A DNA stretch of 64,000 nt. Source: a virus. The notes beneath the pieces are model-generated. The model had not been told where the DNA came from. It made no database searches and saw only the letters and a program-made list of their open reading frames with translations. Position 1 is the first letter of the stretch. Each line of letters starts with the position of its first letter. The position numbers were made by a program, and so were the translations under genes. The DNA is taken from IMG/VR virus record IMGVR_UViG_3300030060_007200. One strand, written 5' to 3'. This document shows, one piece after another, positions 55,849 through 64,000 of this stretch.

Positions 55849-57254
55849 TATACTAATACTCCTGTTGGATAAATTGGTTCTGGTGAACTCGTGTTAATAA
55901 CTTCGAATGAAGGTATAGGCTTAAAAGTTTCAAACAATCCTTCAAATGAATCAATTACTGCAGTACACATACCTTCTTTTGTGAATCCATTTTTGATTGC
56001 CCATTCTCTACCTAACATACCTCTTCTTTTTCTTTCGTCTCTACCTAAATCGTACCAATATTTCAAGCCTTTTTCGATATCTTCAATTGTAGGTCTACTG
56101 TCGTAAATATACGGTGTAGGAGGTGAGCCTTGTAAACTTTGATTTGGCCACAATGGATATGTCCACTCTCCACATTCTTTAGATATTTGACCTCTACTAT
56201 TACTTGGTATTTCTGATGTTAAATCCTCTTTTGTAAATTCTCTACCATCAACCTTGAATCCCATTTGGTCTTGTAAACCTCCGAGTACAGTAGCTATTGT
56301 TGGTGTTCCTGCCATCATAGCTTCCATGTGACTTAATCCAAAACCTTCAGCAGAAGAAGGATTGCAAGATACATCTGCAATATTATATAGTACATTTAAT
56401 TTATCTGCATTTATTTTTGATGTACTAAATACAACCTTCATATCTGGATATAAATTTTTACAAACAGAATTTAGATTTGTACCATGCTCATCAACAATAT
56501 CAGTATGTAATAATAATGCAACGCTGTCTTTTTTGTCATCATCCAATTTACTCCAAAATTGGCCAAATCCTTGAATTAAATCTGATATACCTTTACGTCT
56601 TATATTTCTACTATTAAAGAAAGCAATAAAATCCATATCTAAATCTGGAAACATTTGAGAAGATGTTCCTATAATTTCAGGATTCATATCATCTAAAGGC
56701 TTGTATATTTTTTCATCTATACCGTGCTGTACATATGTTAGGTCTACGTTTTCTACTCTTGGCTTTTTTTGGCAAACATGCTTGTTTATATTGTATGTCT
56801 GCTTTGAAATTGCCATTAACAAGTCGCATGATTCGTAGAAAGGCTCATTCCAATGTGGAAATGGAAGGTCGTCCCATATATTTAGATATGTAAGTGGAAT
56901 ACCTGCAGCTCTAAATTCTGGTGCCATATCATATAGCCATCCCCAGAATCTTGGGTCTGTAAAATGCATAATAGCATCTGGTCTTTCGATCTTGATTAGG
57001 TCTCTTAATACATCTGGATTTCCATATCCATCAACTGGTAATATTTTTAGATATGCGTCTTTTTTATCACCTACAAAATTAGGGTCTTCAGATAAATCTA
57101 AAAATCCTTTTCCTGCTTCAGGATGTTTTATTGCACCTGCAATTTGTACCCAATCATATTTGTGTAATGTTCCTGTAATGATTTCTCTTGACATAGTTCC
57201 TACACCGGAATTAAGTCTTATATCATCGCTTAATAATAATATCTTCTTTTTCAT
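55848..57254 (-). CDS. Glycosyltransferase family 4
   Basis: SGVG, RNIRRK and AEGFGLSHMEAMMAGTP.IA. Confidence 0.9.
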   Translation of the reverse strand: MKKKILLLSDDIRLNSGVGTMSREIITGTLHKYDWVQIAGAIKHPEAGKGFLDLSEDPNFVGDKKDAYLKILPVDGYGNPDVLRDLIKIERPDAIMHFTDPRFWGWLYDMAPEFRAAGIPLTYLNIWDDLPFPHWNEPFYESCDLLMAISKQTYNINKHVCQKKPRVENVDLTYVQHGIDEKIYKPLDDMNPEIIGTSSQMFPDLDMDFIAFFNSRNIRRKGISDLIQGFGQFWSKLDDDKKDSVALLLHTDIVDEHGTNLNSVCKNLYPDMKVVFSTSKINADKLNVLYNIADVSCNPSSAEGFGLSHMEAMMAGTPTIATVLGGLQDQMGFKVDGREFTKEDLTSEIPSNSRGQISKECGEWTYPLWPNQSLQGSPPTPYIYDSRPTIEDIEKGLKYWYDLGRDERKRRGMLGREWAIKNGFTKEGMCTAVIDSFEGLFETFKPIPSFEVINTSSPEPIYPTGVLV

Positions 57255-57423
57255 ATTGCGTAACCTTTTTCTTTATTGTTTTTCTATAACTTTTGTTGTT
57301 AATAAATTCTAATAGTGATATTCTTACCAACTCTCTAAATGTTATTTTTTCATCTATCGAAAGCTTTCTAAAATTATCCCAACAATCTATGTCAACCTTT
57401 ACTGATGTTAATTTTTGTTTCAT
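57223..57423 (-). CDS. Small ribbon-helix-helix-like DNA-binding protein
   Basis: LTSVKVD...W..F.......TF.ELV..SL; AAGGAG and TATTTATA upstream. Confidence 0.55.
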   Translation of the reverse strand: MKQKLTSVKVDIDCWDNFRKLSIDEKITFRELVRISLLEFINNKSYRKTIKKKVTQYEKEDIIIKR

Positions 57424-57476
57424 AACTGTCTCCTTGTAAATAAATACGTATATAAATATATACTTATATATTTTTA

Positions 57477-57875
57477 TTATGAGATAATTACGACTTTTTT
57501 ATCTAATTTTTTTGCCTCTCTTATAGTGTGTTCGCTTCCGCTTGCTTTTTTGCCTTCTGGTATAAAAGCTATTAAATAATCTACATATTTTGCAATCATT
57601 TTATTTCTATGAAAAAAATTCTTAGGTTGATATGTCTTTCCATAGTAATTTTCATGAAGTGCTGAATATAAATTTTTAGGTGTATGTGCCGGATTAAACT
57701 CTATATAATTGCAGCCTAATTCTATAGCATACTTTTTTGCAAATCTATCAGCTCCATCCAAACAGCCTCCTGAAACCACTGTAATATCATTAAATCTATT
57801 TTTTAATGAAAATATAGTATCTTTTATTTTTCTGTGGTTTTGATATTCTCTACTTCCTATTATACCTATTTTCAT
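57477..57875 (-). CDS. SLOG-family protein (YspA/DUF2493-like)
   Basis: IIGSR, VSGG..GAD..A, RN..IA and SG..HTI. Confidence 0.8.
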   Translation of the reverse strand: MKIGIIGSREYQNHRKIKDTIFSLKNRFNDITVVSGGCLDGADRFAKKYAIELGCNYIEFNPAHTPKNLYSALHENYYGKTYQPKNFFHRNKMIAKYVDYLIAFIPEGKKASGSEHTIREAKKLDKKVVIIS

Positions 57876-58786
57876 ACAGCCATTCTCATTTTTGGATTAC
57901 ATAAGTCATGTCGCTTTTTGAATGGGCAATATGTACAACCTGATTTGTATGCAGGGTATTCTGCATCTGGATTTCGTTTGCCATTTACAAAAGCCTTTTC
58001 TACAAACTCGTTAAGAATTTTTGCAGTTTTATTCATAGAAGGTTTGCCAGCCGGCGGATTGTATATCTGTATTCGCTTTTGTGGAAAGTCAAGATTTTCG
58101 TATAATTTACGTTTTACAATAAAATACTCTACATCAATATCTGATTCGCTTACGCCGTATTGTTTTGCAAAATATTTTTTGTATATTCGTAACTGGTCAC
58201 CTTCACCTTTCTTTTTCTTAGGCTTCCAACCAAACATAGATGTCTTTATGTCGATAATCTTTATCCTGTCGCCTTCCTTTATTACCAAATCTGCAAATCC
58301 CATAACCATTATTTTGTCTGAGCCATCTACAGGACATAAGATAGGTATTTCTACACCTAGTAATTCTGTATTTTTCTTTGAAAAATATGCACCTCTACGT
58401 CTTATGAATTCGTCAATAATTGCAACACCGTCTTGATAAAATTCGTTGATTTCTTCTGAAAATGAAAAATGTTTACCGCCTTGTTCATCGACTGCCTTTT
58501 TGTATTCTAGCTTCATTGTATCTGCTAGCTGCTTATGTAGGTCAAGTTTATTTGCGTTAACTATAGATTCCTTGTACATTGTATCAAGATACGTTTGTAA
58601 TACCTCATGCATTGCAGTACCAAAAACCAAAAACATACTTGGCTCGTAATCTCGTATTTTATCGATATATGTTAACTTCCATTGTAAAGGACAGTTTTTG
58701 TACATATTTATTTGACTGTAAGATATTGTTGTCTTACCTTGCTTTCTTGCTTGTATTGCCAAATCTTTAGGTGTTTTTAGAATCAT
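57872..58786 (-). CDS. PD-(D/E)XK nuclease (Cas4/RecB-like)
   Basis: SYSQI..Y..CP, FGTAMHE, E, GFADL, DIKTS, QL.IY and C.YCPF....C. Confidence 0.85.
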   Translation of the reverse strand: MILKTPKDLAIQARKQGKTTISYSQINMYKNCPLQWKLTYIDKIRDYEPSMFLVFGTAMHEVLQTYLDTMYKESIVNANKLDLHKQLADTMKLEYKKAVDEQGGKHFSFSEEINEFYQDGVAIIDEFIRRRGAYFSKKNTELLGVEIPILCPVDGSDKIMVMGFADLVIKEGDRIKIIDIKTSMFGWKPKKKKGEGDQLRIYKKYFAKQYGVSESDIDVEYFIVKRKLYENLDFPQKRIQIYNPPAGKPSMNKTAKILNEFVEKAFVNGKRNPDAEYPAYKSGCTYCPFKKRHDLCNPKMRMAV

Positions 58787-58831
58787 ATTATACTACTAAT
58801 ATACGCAAAATTTCCGAGATAAAAAAATTTT

Positions 58832-59029
58832 TCAGCGACTTTTTTCAATAAGTTTATCAAGATATTGTTTTGCCTTTAACAGGTCTTCAATACCATTTTT
58901 GTGTTTCCATCGGGTAACATATTTAATTATATTACCTTCAAAGAAATCGAGCTTATGAGAGTATGCGTATTCCCACATCTCGATTCCTTGAGTGTAATGC
59001 TTTGGATGCTTTACATTATCCTTAGCCAT
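58832..59029 (-). CDS. DUF3310 (SaV-like) protein
   Basis: V.HP.HY..GIE, GNIIKYV.R...KNG.EDL.KA..YL. Confidence 0.85.
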   Translation of the reverse strand: MAKDNVKHPKHYTQGIEMWEYAYSHKLDFFEGNIIKYVTRWKHKNGIEDLLKAKQYLDKLIEKSR

Positions 59030-59269
59030 TAGGCTGGTCCTTTGGTAAAAATCCTTCTTCAATGTGCCCACATTCTGTACATCTATATACCTGTAATGGT
59101 ATAAGTGTTTCTTTGCCTGTAGGTGACATTACAGCCGATAGTTTCTTAAATAGAAATACAGGTTCAAAAGTTTGACAACCACATTTCGAACATACCATAT
59201 CTTCTAAATCATTTGGATTTATATTTAATCCTGGCTGTCTGTTTGCATTTAAGTTTATTTCTTTTGCCA

Positions 59270-59270
<1 letters not shown>
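59022..59270 (-). CDS. Zn-ribbon protein
   Basis: CSKCG...CTECGH. Confidence 0.6.
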
Positions 59271-61180
<1,910 letters not shown>

Positions 61181-61181
<1 letters not shown>

Positions 61182-61891
61182 TATACTTTCTCCTTTTCTA
61201 ATTCATATTCTGATTTTGTACATACAACGCCTGTCTGCTGTTTTACCATTTCTGGTGTTGTACAACTTTGATTAAAACTTGCAAATTCTGTATGAGATGG
61301 CCATCTACCGCAACCGGCAAATAAACAACCAAAAGCATTTGAAAGATAATCAGCCTTTGCATATTCACATTTTTTTGTAATATCACACATTGGCTTAAAT
61401 CCTTCTGCCAATTTTATACCTGCATCAATCATTCGCTTTCTTAATAACCAATGCAAACCTACAATAAATTCCTCCTCACAAAACTGTAGCCTTCTTGTCA
61501 TTTGGCCTCTTAAAGAACCTATATTTTGTTCAACAATATAGCTACATTCTCTAGACATAAGATTAAATGCAGACATTTCAACTGAACTAAATACATTTTT
61601 CTCTCTATCATCTCTTACATCTTCAAGTTCTTCCAATGTTTCAATAACCTCTTTTTTGAATTCAGGGTCTTTTTCCATTGTTTCCCAAACCTGTGTATAC
61701 ACTACATAATTTGGCTCTTCACTTACCTTGTAGTCTTTGAATTTAATACCTACCCTTGCTCGTGAATGTTGGTCATATTGACAAACAGGTGTTCCTGTTA
61801 TTTTATATGTTATCATTTGTGAATCCTCATTCCAAGATAGGATTTCAACGTCCAAACATTCAATACCTTTTTTAATTTTAACTCTATTCAT
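61181..61891 (-). CDS. Divergent ThyX-fold protein B
   Basis: TYKITG...QHSRARVG, N.GSL.....RL and a Cys-rich tail; canonical RHR..S..SxR motif absent. Confidence 0.5.
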
Positions 61892-62699
61892 TTGTAAACA
61901 ACTTTTTATCTGATTCTTGTAAATCTTCAAATTTTATTTCTTTAATAAAATCCAATACCTTTTCAGTATCATCTGTTATTACCTTAAGATATTCACCAAT
62001 TAGTGGAAACTTATTTGCAACTTCATTAACAACCTTTTTGTATAATTCATTTAGTGCCCAATCTTTATTATCTTCTAGATTAAAACCACCAGAAGCATTA
62101 AAACCTCTCATCGATACAAGAGATAAAAGATTCTGTCCAAAATGATACGAGTGCTGATAACTTTGTGGTAAAAACGACCTTGCAGATTGCCATGATGCCT
62201 GGTCTGTATCTAACGCTTTTGCATATAATGATTTAAGCCTTTCCATAACCTTTACTTCTTTTTTATCAAGCTCGGACATTGTTACGATATCAACATCTGA
62301 CTTATTATTGTCACGGCATCCTATACTCATAAAGCTTGTAAATGGTGTTTGTGTATGATAATCAAATAACCATCTTGGTACACCTCTTACACGAAATATA
62401 AACTGTACCATTTCTCTAGCCTGTGGTAATGTATTATGTGTTAATACTGCCTTAACAACCTCAAGCTTACCTTCAGGTGATGTAATTGGCCATTTTCTTT
62501 GGAATTCATTATCACCCCATGTTGATGTACTTGTTACAAACATAGACTTATATGGGTTTGACATGTGGTCCTCTAATGTGACCTCAACCTCGTCTTGTAA
62601 TAATTTGAATTCTGTTTTTAGTAGTGGTCTTTCCTCAGGTAATGTTCCCATTACAATACGTAGGTTTTCAACCACATCATAACTTAATTTATCTTGCAT
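61884..62699 (-). CDS. Divergent ThyX-fold (FAD-dependent thymidylate synthase-like) protein A
   Basis: V.L..H..NP, E.V.F.F.V.GV.R, SF....RD and AR.FLP..........N..SL. Confidence 0.6.
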   Translation of the reverse strand: MQDKLSYDVVENLRIVMGTLPEERPLLKTEFKLLQDEVEVTLEDHMSNPYKSMFVTSTSTWGDNEFQRKWPITSPEGKLEVVKAVLTHNTLPQAREMVQFIFRVRGVPRWLFDYHTQTPFTSFMSIGCRDNNKSDVDIVTMSELDKKEVKVMERLKSLYAKALDTDQASWQSARSFLPQSYQHSYHFGQNLLSLVSMRGFNASGGFNLEDNKDWALNELYKKVVNEVANKFPLIGEYLKVITDDTEKVLDFIKEIKFEDLQESDKKLFTNE

Positions 62700-62755
62700 A
62701 TTCTATAACCTTTTTATATAATATAAATATAACAAATCTTTCCGACATAGTGAAA

Positions 62756-64000
62756 TTATATCAACTTTTTTATCGAAGAATTTTTACTTTTTGTAAAGCC
62801 GAATTTATTTTTAGATGCCGGTATCAATACAAATTCACCTTCTGATAAACCTGCAATATCTCTTGTATTGAATATTGTTATATATAACTGTTTATAATCA
62901 TCTTCAAGTGCTATTTTATAAAATTCTCTACCAGTCTTTTTTGACTTTTTAATAATAATCTTGTTAATGATTCCATATAATTGAAACCTACCTTTTTCCA
63001 AATCATCAGGGATTTCTTTAGGACTTGTGAGTTGAGTAATAATATCAGGTGCATGGTCATAAAAGAATTCTTTATATTTTGCAAATGGATGTTCATTAAA
63101 ATAAAAGTCAAAGTATTTCTTTTCCCATTCAAACTTTTGTGTCTTATCCCAATCTTTTTCGCCAGCAGTGTCCTGTAATATCTGGTCAATAATACCTTGA
63201 ATAGTCTGAGATTTCTTTTTATTTCTACATGCATTTATTATATCCTCAAGTACTCTAGAATTTTTTAATATACCTTTGAAATAGCCTAGTCTACACAAAG
63301 GTTCATATGTACGTTTTGTAATTTTATTACCAATAATAAACTCAACAAGTTCAATAACTGTATTTATATCACCAGGCTTTACTGAATTGATAATTGCAGC
63401 ATCTTTATCTGGTATACCTTTTACAAGATTAAGACCAAATTTTATTGATTTATTATCATAGTCTATTTCAAAGCTATTACCTGTCTGTCCTATTTCAAAT
63501 TCATTAAACTTAATACCTTTCTTTTTAATCTGTTTTACAAACCAGCTTAATTCTGCATTTGTTGAATGATTAAGAAGTGCTGTATAATATTCATAAGGAA
63601 AATGTACCTTTTGCCACATTGATATATAAGCATTCATTGCGTATGCCAAAGAGTGAGATTTGTTAAATGAATATTCAGAATATTTACCTAGTACATCAAG
63701 TAACTCATCTATATCTCTATCCTTCATGCCATTTGCCTTTGCACCTTTTTTGAATCTATCCAACATGTCGTAAAAATTATCCTTTTTATCTTGATTACCT
63801 TTATGTAATAATTTAAGGATTTTTCTACCACCATCTGCTTCAGCAAGTGTAAAGCCACCAATTTTTTGTAGGATAAACATAATCTGCTCTTGAAATATAG
63901 GTACACCAAATGATTCACCAAGAATATCCCATAGCATCGGAGATTTTTCGTCCAGCAAAAATTTTGCCTCTTCCGGATTTTCGCGGTTTTTGATATATTC
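62756..64000 (-). CDS. dnaE: DNA polymerase III alpha subunit (C-family), 3' part; ORF continues past the window end
   Basis: GVPIFQEQIM, GGFTLAEAD, YSFNKSHS.AY, IKFGL..VKG and a C-terminal OB fold; frame is open to 64000. Confidence 0.93.
   Translation of the reverse strand, partial: EYIKNRENPEEAKFLLDEKSPMLWDILGESFGVPIFQEQIMFILQKIGGFTLAEADGGRKILKLLHKGNQDKKDNFYDMLDRFKKGAKANGMKDRDIDELLDVLGKYSEYSFNKSHSLAYAMNAYISMWQKVHFPYEYYTALLNHSTNAELSWFVKQIKKKGIKFNEFEIGQTGNSFEIDYDNKSIKFGLNLVKGIPDKDAAIINSVKPGDINTVIELVEFIIGNKITKRTYEPLCRLGYFKGILKNSRVLEDIINACRNKKKSQTIQGIIDQILQDTAGEKDWDKTQKFEWEKKYFDFYFNEHPFAKYKEFFYDHAPDIITQLTSPKEIPDDLEKGRFQLYGIINKIIIKKSKKTGREFYKIALEDDYKQLYITIFNTRDIAGLSEGEFVLIPASKNKFGFTKSKNSSIKKLI

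Larger units (their letters stand above)
1105..57458 (-). promoter_or_regulatory. Dispersed late-type promoter (coding strand ATATTTATA)
   Basis: Plus-strand TATAAATA at 1105, 3009, 9039, 13326, 29071, 41242, 41698 and 57451, each just upstream of a minus-strand gene or the tmRNA and without the upstream TCGG element. Confidence 0.7.

Noticed and set aside
42099-57254. Bacterial chromosomal LPS/capsule locus (chimeric contig)
   Set aside because: Same strand, composition and phage-type promoter motifs (45050, 50645, 57451) as the flanks; no flippase, polymerase or export genes
57872-58786. Cas4 as evidence of a CRISPR-Cas system
   Set aside because: No array or other cas genes in the window; solo Cas4-like nucleases are common in phages

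Overview
AT-rich (~30% GC by eye), gene-dense segment of a large T4-like ('huge') myophage genome. Essentially all credible genes are on the minus strand, with no sign of a recoded genetic code. The host is most likely in Bacteroidota/FCB, probably a marine flavobacterium: there is a T9SS C-terminal sorting domain, Bacteroidota-style outer-membrane barrels, SD-less early genes and a tmRNA tag starting with G. Layout by coordinate: baseplate genes (gp6, gp25, central spike) and a gp55-like sigma factor (1-4.6 kb); an HD hydrolase, an i-type lysozyme-like protein and a circularly permuted two-piece tmRNA (4.8-9 kb); an early region with repeated promoters, DNA ligase and a MoxR-AAA/vWA pair (9.7-23 kb); two paralogous Ser/Thr-rich, probably virion proteins (23-28 kb); proteins sharing a putative capsid-targeting N-terminus M(I)KLKxILxE, interleaved with lysis, envelope and T9SS genes (28-41 kb); a ~15 kb nucleotide-sugar/glycosyltransferase cluster (42-57 kb); a Cas4-like nuclease, GroEL/GroES, two degenerate ThyX-like genes and the 3' part of a DnaE-type polymerase (57-64 kb). 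Best candidates for new biology: (1) a head-packaged cargo system processed at (I/L/V)-x-E sites, including an Ntn hydrolase whose catalytic Cys would be unmasked by the prohead protease (MINE|C); (2) the permuted tmRNA; (3) a phage glycosylation system with a candidate (S/T)-(G/A/S)-S sequon; (4) the non-canonical ThyX pair. All family calls come from motif recognition by eye; no database searches were run. Where a shorter start than the supplied ORF track looked more likely, that start is used.
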